Assembly (NCBI RefSeq): GCF_022045235.1
Contig: NW_027266282.1
Coordinates: 4,960,001 to 5,024,000, forward strand
DNA: 64,000 nucleotides
DNA from: Haliotis cracherodii
Taxonomy: Eukaryota
Direction: 5' to 3'
Shown: piece by piece, positions 13,601 through 26,589 of the stretch
Position numbering within the stretch: position 1 is the first letter of the stretch
Layout: the number at the start of each line of letters is the position of its first letter
Notes under the pieces: model-generated
What the model was told of the DNA's origin: nothing
Database searches by the model: none
Seen by the model: only the letters and a program-made list of their open reading frames with translations
Program-made: the position numbers and the translations under genes

Positions 13601-14506
13601 TAATGAAATCAGCCACTTTGCAGTTTATATTTTACCTATAACAATATATTTTCATCCAAAAGTTTTTGACATACACATATTCATAATATGTTGTCAAGAA
13701 AACATTATCTGATTTGTATGACCTTGACCTTGGCACTAATACAAGCCCTTTTTTACTTTGAAAATTATTTTTATTTGAGCACTAATGTTGTCCAAATTGG
13801 AAAACATTATTGGTATCAAAATTTAAATAAGTGCTATACATCTTGGGGTTAGGATATAATCTCATACAAACAAATTATTATGAAATATAAACATAGATGA
13901 CTGGAGTCTATTTATAGTAACATCATGAAAAAAGATCTAGATTTCTTCAGTATTGCTATAATGAGTGAAAAAAACAGACCCAGTGTTGATTTGACAGTAT
14001 AAATCTATCATTTTTATTTGCATGCAACTCTGTAACTGTCATTTAAAATCTTATTTGGAGAAAAAGAACACTGGGAGTTTGATGCTGTCATCTTTTCTGC
14101 TTAGTGATTGCAAAGTCATGTTCTGCTTGTTTATTTAATATATTTATATCACTTAATGTGTGGACATGGTGTCTAAGGTATATTTAACTGTATTTGGCAA
14201 CTGACTGTTCCAGTTTATTCATACATACCTAGTTTTGGTCCATTCTGACTGAAGCTTGACAGTTGACAGCTGTTTGTTTACTTGGCAACGGTACTATCTT
14301 CCCACAACTGCTTTCACATAGTTTTCTGAAAACAAAGCCTAGGGCCCTTTTTTAGTGACCCTCAAAAACTGATTTCCCCAAGCTTGATTTTTCTTGGGTT
14401 TTGTATACACAACCAGGACACACTGAAGATTAACTTTGTGCAATAATTGGGTTGTTATCACAAATGTCCGGGTTAATTAATTATGACGTCAATTTCTACT
14501 GGACTA
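7665..14506 (-). mobile_element. Academ superfamily DNA transposon (XPG-nuclease type), full length, inactivated
   Basis: 5'-TAG...CTA-3' termini; perfect TIR TAGTCCAGTAGAAATTG extending imperfectly for about 125 bp; 3-bp TSD AAT (7662-7664, 14507-14509). Encodes a large transposase plus an XPG/FEN1-like nuclease, the defining Academ features. Confidence 0.88.
8667..12867 (-). pseudogene. Academ transposase-XPG/PIN nuclease ORF (about 1400 codons), broken into three ORFs
   Basis: Motifs ADNFDYNEDTLNG..THVMG, TFDQPLY, RLGGFH, RAERTGNWQLHL, DMIIEQCLMR, IDGCALL, VVFD, EGDADV, ADDTDILVLL, HAMSGCDTTSALFSLGK (H3TH). Lesions: frameshift at the (TCAG)n run about 11378-11394, TGA at 10776-10778, frameshift near 8785. 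Probable 5' intron 12887-14228. Confidence 0.85.
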
Positions 14507-14728
14507 AATACTTATAATGGATTGCAGAATAAGAAAAAAACGAAACGCACGTATCTGGACAAATATATCTCTGAAGGACATTTCGGAAGTAAAGTTGTGC
14601 TCAAGGAATTCAGTTTGAATCTAAATGTATATGTCACAATATAAGTGATAACTATGACTACATACCGATAGTTCTCTTGGAATAGCCTGTTTGTGTTTTT
14701 TTGTGTTTTCTGTTATATATGGAACGCC

Positions 14729-14819
14729 AACGTGGTCTAGATTTAGAGCGTCCGGATCCGCCCGGAGAGCCGAGGGTCCGGAGTTCGATCCCCGGCCGCG
14801 TCATGCCAAAAGACGTTAA
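14729..14819 (+). mobile_element. SINE family A 5' half, interrupted at TTAA
   Basis: tRNA-like head (gtggtctag..gagttcgatcccc) ending in gacgTTAA; the SINE resumes at 17993. Confidence 0.8.
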
Positions 14820-17800
14820 CCCTCTGGATGCCGAGTTTTTTTTCTGACCCACATTTTCCTAAGATCGGAAAAGTGAAGGTTGTGCGAGAATTGCGCTCAC
14901 GCGGCACTGGATCTACCTCTGGCTATAAAATTACGCAGAGGTGGAGAATATGAAATTTCTTATTTGATGGTGTAAATCTAACTGTAAATATCAAACCGGT
15001 TTTAAAAACAGACACTCCTAAGTGTTGTCCGCGAATTTATTCTGCGTTGAAAAACAGTAAATTTCTCCGCTTTTTATGGTACACCGATAAAAGTACTTTG
15101 CGACAAAAAAATTTATTACGAAGCTTTACGGAAACTGTGAGCGAACAAAATACTGCCTAATATCTGAACGACATAACTACATATCAAATGGAGTTATATG
15201 CGTATGTATAACGACATACATTCAATTCCAAAAATAGCATGCCGTAAATGACGAAAACTGATTTTTCTCTATGACGTCAAAAGGTGTCTGAGAGGTTACA
15301 CACGTACAGAGAAAAGGGGGCATAACTCCGCTATGCTTAGCTCTAGTTTGTTGTAACTCAGGTCACTTGGTAAGAATTAGCTGTGGGTAAGGACAATATA
15401 TTTTCGTGGTGTTTTGTTCAGGAGGAACCAAACTATTCCAACACAAATATCGATATTGAAACTATACACGTTTAGTTATAAAATATACCCATAAGAAATG
15501 ATGAAATCGTACTTCATAAATAGGAGGTAATAGAGAAATGGATTGCCTTATCTAACCTATAACTTAGTCCTTAGATTCCAACATTCTCCTGATTGTGTAA
15601 GTGTAATTTGACTAATGTTGCATCATTATTAATGGAGCACAAGCCTTATCATCAATGTAATGAAATACCCTAAAAATAACACCATTCCTTTTGACGTCAT
15701 TGCTGGTTTTATGTCTTTGATAACGTCGGAAAAAGACGACACTGGTATTTTGATTAATATATATCTCCCCTAATTTTCGTTCATGTTATGGGAAATCTCG
15801 ACGTGTGGAGCGGAATTTGACGCTTTTTCGACACAACATAAAATGACTGCTCTCACCAAGTAAATAATGTCTTAAATATGTAAACAATTAGATAGTTTAT
15901 CGTGTATCCTAATTGGACAAGACACGCACCTGTTTGGCATCAATTTACGTAATGAAATTCCAAAAAGAATATTTCAAAACAACCAAAATTATATTCAATA
16001 TTGGACATATATTTGTTCATGATTATGTTATTTTTTCTTACACAATAAAAGATGCAAAGAAAGCTCTATTGGTATAGAATTATCAGGATAATCGTATACG
16101 TTTGAACCAACGGGGTACCTGGCATGGGTTTTATTTTTATACATTTTACAATTCCTGGAGAAATAAAGTAAACTGTTTACTATCCTGGGATCACAATATT
16201 GAAAACAGAATGAAACCATTGATCATATAATGCAAAATGAGAGGATTAATTCGTAAATTGTTTGTGACTAACGCGCACCTGGCGAATTGTTAGATATCAC
16301 TGTTCTCTGTATCCAACGACATAAAAGACAAATCCATGACCAAGACATTTCAGAAATGTGTGCATATATTTTACCGAAAAATAGTATCCATTTTGTTAAA
16401 GTAATATATTCAGTTTCAGTTATAAAATAAAATGAAACGGCTATTCATGGACATTGGTTATATGAATTATAATATTGACTTATTACAAATCCCAAAACAT
16501 ACGTATACATGCTGCAGTTACATTTACACTTCATCTTGTAACACTTGTCCAAAGGAAAGAAATATCGTAGTCGACACTATAAACCTATTACATTGTTATG
16601 TAAACAAAGTTCAAACAAACAGATTATCAAAGGTTTGTTCATACATTGTTGTGGCCTATATGTACGTATGATTTCATTTTGAACATTGACAAATATCCAA
16701 AGTGTAATTAATTGTGTGAAAAAATGTATAAAAGACACGCAACATATACACCATAACTGAAACTGTAAACAGCATGATACAGTGATCGTGTGCACTCTCA
16801 TTCAAGGACCTTCACCTCAAAGAAATTACCAAATATGTACAACAATGTTGACGTATGACATCACTACCTGTGACCCACTTTTACAAAATGGCGTGTACAC
16901 TTTGCACAGTACGTGGGATTGTACTAGGGGACTTTCGTTGATTCAGGGATCGTATAAACATAAATGTGACATGTAAGTAATCAGAAACATTCTGACAATC
17001 TATGTACTGTTATTTGTTGTCATAATTTTCATTGAATCAAACGGAAATAGTCAGGAATTCCGATAAATACCGTTGTCGTTGTGCGTGATTTTGCGTCAGT
17101 CATGGCGTCAACCAGAACGGTAACTTTGACAACTTCTGTTTAAAATATCAAATCATTGCAATGTATCTATTTAAAATTCCCTAATTCTTCCAACGATTCT
17201 CTTCCCATGCATATTCTGAAAATGTTGAGTCAATATCTTGAACGAATAGACGAATGGATAGCTCAAAATAGGAGAATATGCTACACTGTGTAAAATCTGA
17301 ATTTTGCTTTGTTTACATTTCAACCATGTGCAGTTTTTCGAGCACAGCGTTCGTTTTCACACCTTACTTATTTTGCTTGATTTCATCTAGCCACTTCGTA
17401 TTGGTGACAAAGACCACTGGTCATTTGATTCTAAAATGTATGAGGAATTCAAGGATGTAGGTATCGCAGATAAGTTTGAAATATACGTGATGTTACAGGC
17501 GTCTCATAACCGGTGTACCTGAAACGTGATTTTGTAAACACTACCCAATATGGCGGAAAGTTCACTTCGGCGTTTGCGTTTTCGTTTTTCCCAAAACATT
17601 CTAAACGATTCTAGGGTTATCGGAGACGTTTTGGAATGATCATTGGTGATTTCATAAAGGACAGATACCCGTGATCACTAATATGCTATATTTGAAATTC
17701 ATTTCTCCGAGTAAATATCCGAAATTTAGATTTCAAAACATGCTGTAAATAACGCCGTGAGTGGTGATTTAGTCATGTGTAAAAAATGGCGACATTTACG

Positions 17801-17992
17801 ATGTACCTAATTTTCAGAGGTCATGTTCAGTACTTTTGCTTGGCCTTAAATGCCAGTGGATGATATCACAGAACAGGGAGTTTCCCACCTTATTCAAAAC
17901 TGTAAAGTGTAGTTGAGTGTAGTTGTAGTTATTCGACTTGAAAGTGAGGGTTGTAGAGGAAGGACATATATGTCCCTCTGGCATCCAGAGGG
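14820..17992. mobile_element. Non-autonomous piggyBac-type element, about 3.17 kb
   Basis: TTAA|CCCTCTGGATGCC ... GGCATCCAGAGGG|TAA (13-bp TIR; the right TTAA has lost one T). Splits a SINE whose intact copy reads gacgttaaaagatgg at about 19016-19030. No transposase ORF. Confidence 0.85.
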
Positions 17993-18190
17993 TAAAAGAT
18001 GGTACTTGTTACCATGCCTTGTGCTCGACAGTAAGGGGCTAAAACAAGGACTGGTCGGTTCGGAGTCAGTTTGCTGTATCTGAGTGGGGTATTCATGTTT
18101 AACTGCTGCATGGTATCTCAGTGGGCTAGTACTATAAAATCGGCAATAGTCCGACAACTACAAGCAGCCACACATACACACACACACGTT
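17993..18190 (+). mobile_element. SINE family A 3' half
   Basis: aaagatggtacttgtt...aaggggctaaaacaaggactggtcgg...caagcagccacaca is collinear with about 19022-19210. Confidence 0.8.
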
Positions 18191-18930
18191 ATTTTCTGTA
18201 ACTGGACATTCGCGAATGTGCAAGAGACTGACACGACACGTATTAATAACTGTTAAAGCACTTCCAGGAATGTTACTAAAATACAATTAAGAAAGATACT
18301 AGTATCTGAAGTCCGTTCTTAGAAGTTTCTATACAAACAACAAAAAATCACCATTAAACTAAAGTGTCCACATATTTACAATTCAAGCATGCATTTAAAG
18401 ATAATTCACTGAGGAGTTACACGTGACTCACCCCACGTGATGATGGATCCCGATCAATACGACGCCTTATACTTTTTATAGCGTTACAATAAATACTCTT
18501 GACAATGCATACATTAAAGTGAAGTGTTATATATTTTTTAAAAAAATCAACATGTCCCTTTGTTCAGAAATATGTTTGTACAGGAATGTACAGGCGAGCC
18601 AAACAATTAAAACTGAACAGGTGATTCAGGGAATGTGTTCAGATTGATACATTAGTGTTATGTAAACATACCATATATTATATTCTTACATTATACACCA
18701 ATTAAACTACAACCTTTTTCCTCGTCAAAAGCGTGACCGTGTGGTCAAAATCAACTGAAATATCAAAGATGAATCATGTATCATGGGAAGTGTTAACATA
18801 TTTAGAAGGATATTTCCTCTACCAACTCACAACTTTATGAGGCCACAGTTTCTCGCATTTTAAACGTACTAGTCCGTTAAAATGAAACCTTTTTGTCTCT
18901 ACATTCTCCACATGGTGGCTATCAGAGGGG

Positions 18931-19295
18931 AGACCGCCTCCGTGGTCTAATGGTAGAGCGTCCGCCCGGAGAACGGAAGGTCCGGGGTTCGATCACCAGC
19001 CGCGTCATACCAAAAGACGTTAAAAGATGGTACTTGTTGTTATCCTGTCTGGCGCTCGGCATTAAGGGGCTAAAACAAGGACTGGTCGGCTCGGAGTCAG
19101 TATACTGAGTGGGGTATTCATGTTAAACTGCGGCATCGTATCTCAGTGTGCTAGCACTATAAATCGGCATCAGTCCGGACTAGTACAAGCAGCCACACAC
19201 ACACACACGTGCATGCACGTCGCTATAATATAATAAGTGCAATAATCTTGGACGCGACGTTAAACCCCTTTTCACCTCACCTCACCTCACCTCAC
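18931..19295 (+). mobile_element. Full-length tRNA-derived SINE family A
   Basis: A-box tggtctaatgg, B-box ggttcgatc, (CACCT)n tail, perfect 12-bp TSD CTATCAGAGGGG (18919-18930, 19296-19307). Confidence 0.9.
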
Positions 19296-19300
19296 CTATC

Positions 19301-19468
19301 AGAGGGGCGGTGGGGTATCCTAGTGATTACAGCCTACGCTAATCACGCCGAAATCCCGGTTTCGAATCCCCACATGGGTACAATTTCTGAAGCCAATTTC
19401 TGGTGTCCCACGCCGTCATATTGTTGGAATATTTCTAAAAGCTGCGTAAGACCACACTCACTCGCTCT
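19301..19468 (+). mobile_element. Short tRNA-derived SINE family C
   Basis: ggggcggtggggtatcctagtg..gtttcgaatcccc head and (CACT)n-like tail; related copies at about 40375-40546 (+) and 32255-32368 (-). Confidence 0.7.
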
Positions 19469-20175
19469 GTCAGAAGTGTTTTTTCAGACTAGGCCCGGGC
19501 AGTTGGTAGCAACTAAAACGTCAAGATGTACCATCAGTTGTGTTTACATCCAAAGACTGTTATTATATCTACCCACATTCCACTTTATGATGTCACTGGT
19601 CATCGTATTCAAAGAGAACCGGCCCATTAAAGTGAAGCGCTTTTATTGTCTCTTCTCAAACAAATCTCTGTCTCCAATATTTGGTCCGACTTGACTTGGC
19701 GGCCAAAATCAGCTTAATTCGTGACAAGTGTACCACGATCTGTGACATTATAAAGTGATATTTAGGTAGATACAATACCATTCTATATAGATTACATAGT
19801 AGACAGACACTGCAAATAAGTTCACATATCAGCAAATGACACATTTGTCACGCATCGCTTCACGGTTGCACCGGGAGCTTCAGGCCACGCCCTCAAATAG
19901 TTTTGTTTTGCAATTCAATACGAAGCGTATGATTTCATCACTTTCATGTTACATTTAAATACTTTCTACGAATGTTCAGATTTTTTTTTCTCTCATGAAT
20001 TGACGCAATGTCCCTTGGGAAACGTCCCTTTCGCAACAAAAAACGCAACCAATTTTTTCACTTGACTTGCCCTTTAATGACCTCACACGCATCACATAAT
20101 TGTCTACACAGCAACCACGCCACCATTGAACGAATGATACACTTTGCACGCTTCTCCAGAAGTACACCTCGTGAC

Positions 20176-20660
20176 ATTTTAAGATCTCACGTGCATCACA
20201 CAAGTCTTAAGTTACTTGTAAGATCTCACACGCATCACATAATTCTTAAGTTCCTCGTAAGATCTCACACGCATCACACAATTCTTAAGTTCCTCGTAAG
20301 ATCTCACATGCATCGGAAAAGTCTTAAGTTACTCGTAAGATCTCACTCGCATCACACAATTCTTAAGTTCCTCTTAAGATCCCACACGCATCACACAAGT
20401 CTTAAGTTCCTCTTAAGATCTCACACGCATCACACAAGTCTTAAGTTCTTCTTAAGATCTCACACGCATCACACACTTTTATAAACAGCAGCCATGCACC
20501 TTTGAACAAACATATACTTTGCACCCTTATCCAAAAGCACACATCACGGTTAAGGCACTTTAATATATCAAACATTTCATAAGTTCCTCGTAAGATCTCG
20601 CACGCTTCACACAATTTTAACGTTCCTCTGTAAGATCTCACTAGCACCACGCGAATCTTA
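20176..20660. repeat. 39-bp minisatellite (aagatctcacacgcatcacacaattcttaagttcctcgt) downstream of TRIM gene 1
   Basis: About 10 direct copies visible, interleaved with decayed copies of the 3' end of the TRIM1 CDS. Confidence 0.85.
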
Positions 20661-20991
20661 AATCCAGCACGTCTGAGACCTGCATCACTTCGGGCTTTCT
20701 TCCCACATTAAGCTGACACGCCGCGATATAACTGGAATACTGTTAAAAGCGGCGTTAAACCCAACTCACTCACTCACTCACTTAAATCCAGCTTTAGATC
20801 TTACATGTATCAAACATGTATGTAAACAGCAACCATGCACCTTTGAACGCAACATATACTTTGCCACCCTTATCCAAAAAGCACACATCACGGTTCAGAT
20901 ACTTTAATGCATCATACCCTTTTTTCGTTCCTCCGTAAGATCTCACACACATCAAACAATTCTCAGATTAATCTCTAAGATCTCACATAGA

Positions 20992-23127
20992 TCACGCTAT
21001 TTTGTAAACAGCAACCATGCCACCTTTGAAGGAAACATACACTTTGCCACCCTTATCCAAAATCACACAACGCGGTTCAGACACACCGTTCTGCATTGTA
21101 TCAACGACACACAGAGCTCTACCCTTAGGGGCGAAAATCAGGATCTCATTCCTGTGCATATCAGACGCTATGATACGTCCATTTGCACCAAAGATGGCGT
21201 CCGACGGCCGCCATTTCATGCCATTCCGTTTGTGTCCGTTGATCCTGAGGAAAGGGCCGCCTTTCTCTGACTCGAGACACACAGACCCTTTCCCTCGCCA
21301 AGAGCACACGATCACTACGTCATCTGCTACGTAGCGAAAGGATTCCATCGCGCCCTTGACCTGACTCGTCCAACTTCTGACCACCTTGCCTGTTGTCGTC
21401 ATGACCCGCATCTCCTTGTTTGGCAGATTACCGATAAGGATGTGCTTCCCAAAGTTAGCGATAATGGGACCACAGGTCATTTCTCCTTTTGGAAGCAAGG
21501 GTGTTTTAGACACAACCTGCAAATGCTTTGTCAATATAACAAGGAAGTTTTCATAGATAGCACAAATGTTTTCATTATCAACAGACACAAACTGCTTGAA
21601 AAGATCACATTTTCCATCCTGATTCACTAAGATAATAAGTTTACCATCTTCATGGAAATCTTTCAGTTTTGCATTTGATTCGTCCAAAACCAAAAGTCTA
21701 CCCTTACTTTTAAGAGCGATGGAACTTATTCTAGCTTGTGATTTATCAGTACTGACTTCTGTGCTGAACTGACGCTTGTATGATAAAACTCCTCCAGCTG
21801 TTGCATCTATCTCGTGCAGGTTTATCTCCAGGAATTCTGTTGACGCTGACGAATCTTTCGCTCCCACAACTTCACCATTCTCCTGATCTTTGGCTGTTGT
21901 GACAGTTGTCCCGTCTTGTTGTGTGCTAGAACTTGTGGAATGTGTGGCTTGCATTTTCGGTGTTTCATTGAGCAATTCGGGCTTGGAAGACTGGGGGGTA
22001 AGCGCAGGACCTGCATGAAAACCTGGCACATCGTCGACCATTCGTACTTCTCGAAAAGTAATAAATTCTGCGTCAAGCGGAAGGTTTATTTTCGCCTTGT
22101 ATGTGGTCAGACCCCTCCTCCATGACACACTGTCAACTGCCTTTGCAAATTCTTTCAACCCTTGCTGGAGTGTTTGGAAAAGCAGTAGAAGCGTCAACCC
22201 ACCACCCTCTTCCACCTGTCGACACACTCTGACAATCTCCTCCCTCCTTTCAGACTCCGAATTCATCAACTCCAGCATCCTTTGTCTCTTCATCCTCTCG
22301 TCCTCAAAACTTCTCCTGCCCTTCTCCAACACCTCAGAGCTCTTCTTCCTGATCTTCTCCATCACTGCCTCAAATGATGAAGTCAGGTCACTTACAAATA
22401 TCTCTTCCTCTTTGTTCAACTGATCTATCTCTGCTTGTAGTGTGTTGGCAGAGGTCTGGATATTGGAAGACGTGGCTACCACCATTGTCAGTGCCTGCTT
22501 CATTGACTGACGTCTCTTTTCAGCTGCTTCCTCTACAGTGTCAAACTGGTGTTTCGTGTGTTCAGCAAAAGCACACTGCACACAGAGTGCTTCAGAACAC
22601 GTATGGCAGAAAATGTTCAATCCTTCGCAATGTTTTGCGCACATCTGCTCCTCTTTTTCAAAAAGGTGTTTATCATACTGACCTTGCCTGATCTCATCAA
22701 GGGAGACAACTCGATGTGTTGCAGTAAGAGTTGAAGAGTTATGTCCCGTGGAGCATGTTTTACAAAGTTTGTCGCCACAATCCAGGCAATGGTGAGTTGA
22801 ATCAGAAAAGTCGCCTTTCATTGAACAAACCACGCAGCCTGATGCTTTTGACGTGCGACAAGCATATACCCTTTGACGCCCGAGTACATAGACGTTTGTT
22901 GTTAGAGAGCTCGCTGATTTCGTCTGTAATCGTGTTTGATGCTTGCACGTAGGACATTGGAAGACATGTTCTCCCCCCTCGGTTGTAAGACGTTCTTCAA
23001 TACAAAGCTGGCAGAACGAATGGAGACACGTCAGAAGTTTTGGGGTGACGAAAGGCTGTTTGCACAGCCTGCAGGTTACGTCTTCTTGTGGTACCATTAT
23101 TTCTCCGGATGATGATGTCGACGTCAT
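20992..23127 (-). CDS. TRIM-NHL E3 ubiquitin ligase (TRIM56/TRIM2/TRIM45-like), 711 aa, intronless CDS (TRIM1)
   Basis: C3HC4 RING CRLC..CLHSFCQLC..CPTC; B-box1 CVVC..CLDC..LCKTCSTGH..H; B-box2 CAKH..FCHTCSEALCVQC..H..H; coiled coil; low-complexity linker; NHL-like beta-propeller C-terminus. Splice acceptor 10 nt upstream of the ATG. Confidence 0.9.
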   Translation of the reverse strand: MTSTSSSGEIMVPQEDVTCRLCKQPFVTPKLLTCLHSFCQLCIEERLTTEGGEHVFQCPTCKHQTRLQTKSASSLTTNVYVLGRQRVYACRTSKASGCVVCSMKGDFSDSTHHCLDCGDKLCKTCSTGHNSSTLTATHRVVSLDEIRQGQYDKHLFEKEEQMCAKHCEGLNIFCHTCSEALCVQCAFAEHTKHQFDTVEEAAEKRRQSMKQALTMVVATSSNIQTSANTLQAEIDQLNKEEEIFVSDLTSSFEAVMEKIRKKSSEVLEKGRRSFEDERMKRQRMLELMNSESERREEIVRVCRQVEEGGGLTLLLLFQTLQQGLKEFAKAVDSVSWRRGLTTYKAKINLPLDAEFITFREVRMVDDVPGFHAGPALTPQSSKPELLNETPKMQATHSTSSSTQQDGTTVTTAKDQENGEVVGAKDSSASTEFLEINLHEIDATAGGVLSYKRQFSTEVSTDKSQARISSIALKSKGRLLVLDESNAKLKDFHEDGKLIILVNQDGKCDLFKQFVSVDNENICAIYENFLVILTKHLQVVSKTPLLPKGEMTCGPIIANFGKHILIGNLPNKEMRVMTTTGKVVRSWTSQVKGAMESFRYVADDVVIVCSWRGKGSVCLESEKGGPFLRINGHKRNGMKWRPSDAIFGANGRIIASDMHRNEILIFAPKGRALCVVDTMQNGVSEPRCVILDKGGKVYVSFKGGMVAVYKIA

Positions 23128-25212
23128 ATTCCTTCACCTGAAACCAAAATGGACAACTTTTTTTTCTTTTTTTTGTTAAGTCAGATATATTCCAGCTATA
23201 TGACGGCGGTCTGTAAAAAAATCGAGTTTGGACCAGACAATCCAGTGATTGACATCATATGAGCATAAATCCATGACTATATGACCATAAACAGACTATG
23301 ACTACTGATATTCTGAGGGAACGATAAATAATTGTTTCTAATGACTATGCAGACTGGGAGGGGGTTTATATTTTTTAGCTCACATATATAAGAGCGACAA
23401 GGGGAATTGTCGAGGCCTTTTTAGACCTGCCTTGTGTCCTATCTAAACTGAGGAGCAAGAGAAACAAAACCGCACAGTTGACTTAATGATTTTTTCGATT
23501 TTCAAAGAAGTCTTCTACATGGTTTTATCTTTCAAAATATAATTTGATTTTAGACTTTTGAAAATTAAAAAAAACAAATCGCATAATACACCAATTCAAT
23601 GGGTATCTTTGACACCTTGACTTTGAAAATCCATAAATTGACTTTTTTCGACACAAATGTACATTTCAAACATGGTAGGGGGTCACGTGGTTGCAAGTTG
23701 ATTATTTACCCCAGTCTTCTTTGAACCAATTTATTTTTACACAAAATTATCCAGCCACATACCCAGCCACTTTTTATAAACTGCTGCTGGAATGAGAGAT
23801 GGTTAAACAGTCATAATCAAATTTAACAACAGTTTTTTTTAATTTTCAATGACATAAAAAACAAACAGGGTATACTTTCTTTTGCCTCTCAGTTCATTTG
23901 CCAAGTGCGATTTTCATTCCCGCCAGCTTCCAGCACTATCTGGATTCAAGGACGGGGAAAGACCTCTTTCAAGACATTCAACAGAGACCAAATTTGAATA
24001 TTCGTTGGTGCACTACACTAAACTAAACGCAAACACATGTCTAGTGCATTTAAGTCTAAAAAATGATTAAATACTATACATACATAAAATCTTTCATTAA
24101 TTAATTTGGGCCTTGGCTCCCTTGCCACATCATATGAACGGAAGGCTTGAGCAAAAATGTTTGATAATAATTGATAACTGATAATAATTATTATTAAGAT
24201 GATACTATTAAAAGAAATAGGTCAATATAATCGGATTCTCTAGTGGTTCTGTTTATTTCAATTGTCAAGTTGCTGAGGTTTGCTGAAATGTCTCTTTTAA
24301 GTGTTTACGTTGAGTTGGTATGGTGAAATCAAAAGTTTCTTTAACCCGGTTTAAAATACACGACGGGTGGTCATTCAGTCAAAAAATATAAGTTCAAATA
24401 AAGGTCAAAAGTAGGCAGTGTAAAAGTCAAATATTACGAAAAGACGTCATATGAAAAGAAAGAACAATGTGTACTAAAGAACGTCAGTGCGCACGAAAGG
24501 ACACTAAACTGACACTAAAACGTTGACAATAAATTTTTGTAAAAAGATTCCGAGTTTAATCAGCTTGTTCCGCTGTGTATATTATAATAATTTATAACCG
24601 AATGGCCGCCCACAGTTATTCAAGGATTTACGGTAATCGTCTCTCACGACAAACAATAAAGTGCCCGGGAACTATTTTTACACGGGATTGTCGATCGCTA
24701 CTTTGCAGCATATGTATTGATTGTCAGCGACAATGATAAATTATAGCTCTCACACTTTTCAAATAGATCCCATTAAAGCCGAAGGTCGCCGACTAGCGCG
24801 ATATAACGGGGATAATATCTCGATCAACTCTGGTGTATTTTCTTGGCAGGGCGCTGCTTAATTTGTGTATCAGTCGGAATGAAGAACACATATTACCTTC
24901 TGTAGAGCGATGAACAACGCTTGTCGGACAGGGAACTTACATCATGAAAGCTGAAACTATCTTCCGCGATATAGAGCCGCCTACACCGAGCTGTAGGCTG
25001 TGATCACACCGGCGGTGCAGATGGTAAATGATCCTTCTAAAAAACATCCCATTTGTTTAAAATGAAATTAATTTCAAACATTTTAAACCTTAATTGATAT
25101 AAAGCTGCCGGTCTTTTGAATAAGAATTTGATACGTGACATGTGATATGTAAGTGCTGCGAAAGTGTCATTCTTCTCGATATTATAGATTCTCTCCATAT
25201 AATTCGGACCAA

Positions 25213-25385
25213 GGGATCGGAAGGTCATGCTCACTGACTTGGTTGATGCATGTCATTGATCCCAATGCCTTAGATCGATGCTCATGATATCAATCACTGG
25301 AATGTCTGGTCCAGACTCGATTATTTACAGACCGCCGTCATATAGCTGGAATATAGCTGAGTGCGGCGTTAACAACAAACAAATC
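25213..25385 (+). mobile_element. SINE family B, 5'-truncated copy
   Basis: gggatcgg..gacttggttgatgcatgtcat..ctggtccagactcgattatttacagaccgccgtcatatagctggaatat, as in 63733-63990. Confidence 0.8.
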
Positions 25386-25977
25386 GAATCAGGTGAGAAG
25401 AGCGGTCATATAATATCATGAAGGTTGACTTATAAATTGCCTTGAACATGACTGGATCGTATTAGATTCGAATGTCCCATACCACATCTTTGGAACAATA
25501 ACTACTAAAATATAGTGTACCCCATATAGCTTATTTCACGGGGTCATTTTTCTATCAACACCGACCTGAATTGTGCACGGTTTGAACACAGCAGACGTAT
25601 TAATTGCGACCAGTATCAGATTGACATCATTACGAGGAATTCAAGATTTCTGTCACAGCCTTTCCAGGTAGCGTACCCCGTAAAACTCTGTGGACGTCTG
25701 CCTATTTGATCTGAACGACACACATGTTATTCGACATCCTGTTACATTTATTTTGTATCTCCTCGTTATTAAGCGTCTATGATTCTCAATTTCGTAATGG
25801 GTGTATGCTACTCGACTCCAATATCTGGGCAAATGGGCTTGACTGAATTATACCTACGTTCAAATGCCGAGCTGACAACAGTCTAGTTAGGCATATGACT
25901 TTATGACATGTTTAAGCGAAATTCATGCATATATTCATGTACCAAACCACTAGGGCTGGGTTGGTTGGGTACTGAGT

Positions 25978-26436
25978 GAGGGTCCTGATGGGTGGGTCCC
26001 ATAAGCAGTAAGCAGTAAAGTTTAGGGTACTTTTTCATTTAGCGCGCAGTAATTTTTCTTCTTTTTCAATAAAATCGTCACGAACAATTCCTAAATCGGC
26101 TATGAAGGGATATGGGACTTTTAATTCTACTTTCGTTTCATCATGACAATTCATATTTTAATACGTGGTAAAATCTCAAATCGCTAAACATTCTAGACTG
26201 GTCCCCTGCGTCAGTTGCGCAGCCTGCTTTCTGTGTCGAAGCATTTGGGTCTTGAAGACAGACTGTTTTTGACCCTTTTAATCATTTTACGATAAGCAGT
26301 AAATTATTTATTTACGTTAAGCAGGGTTTTCTTGTATTTCACGACAAGCATTTACGATAAAAAAAAGTTGAATTTTACGTTTACGATAGTGTTTGAAGGG
26401 TGTTTTAGTTAAGCATTAAAACCCATCAGGACCCTC
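25978..26436. mobile_element. MITE with 16-bp TIR and 6-bp TSD, nested in a hAT-like MITE
   Basis: GAGGGTCCTGATGGGT ... ACCCATCAGGACCCTC; TSD CTGAGT (25972-25977, 26437-26442). Confidence 0.85.
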
Positions 26437-26589
26437 CTGAGTAGGACCCGGTTAGTTATTTGATATATTGTTCAATGACAAAAAACATCTAGAACTCTAT
26501 GGTTATACTACAAGCCATTCATGTTCGCATTTCTTTCTGACCATGCGCCCAATCCTTCTGATTTTTCATATGGTTGAATAAAGATACAA

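Noticed and set aside
18931-19005. tRNA gene
   Set aside because: It is a tRNA-like SINE head followed by body, tail and TSD; the same applies to about 19301, 32140 and 40375.
20008-20484. 158-aa His-rich ORF (LVRSHTHHTILKF)n
   Set aside because: It is the translation of a 39-bp satellite. The unit length shared with the TRIM VNTR seems coincidental, since the sequences are unrelated.
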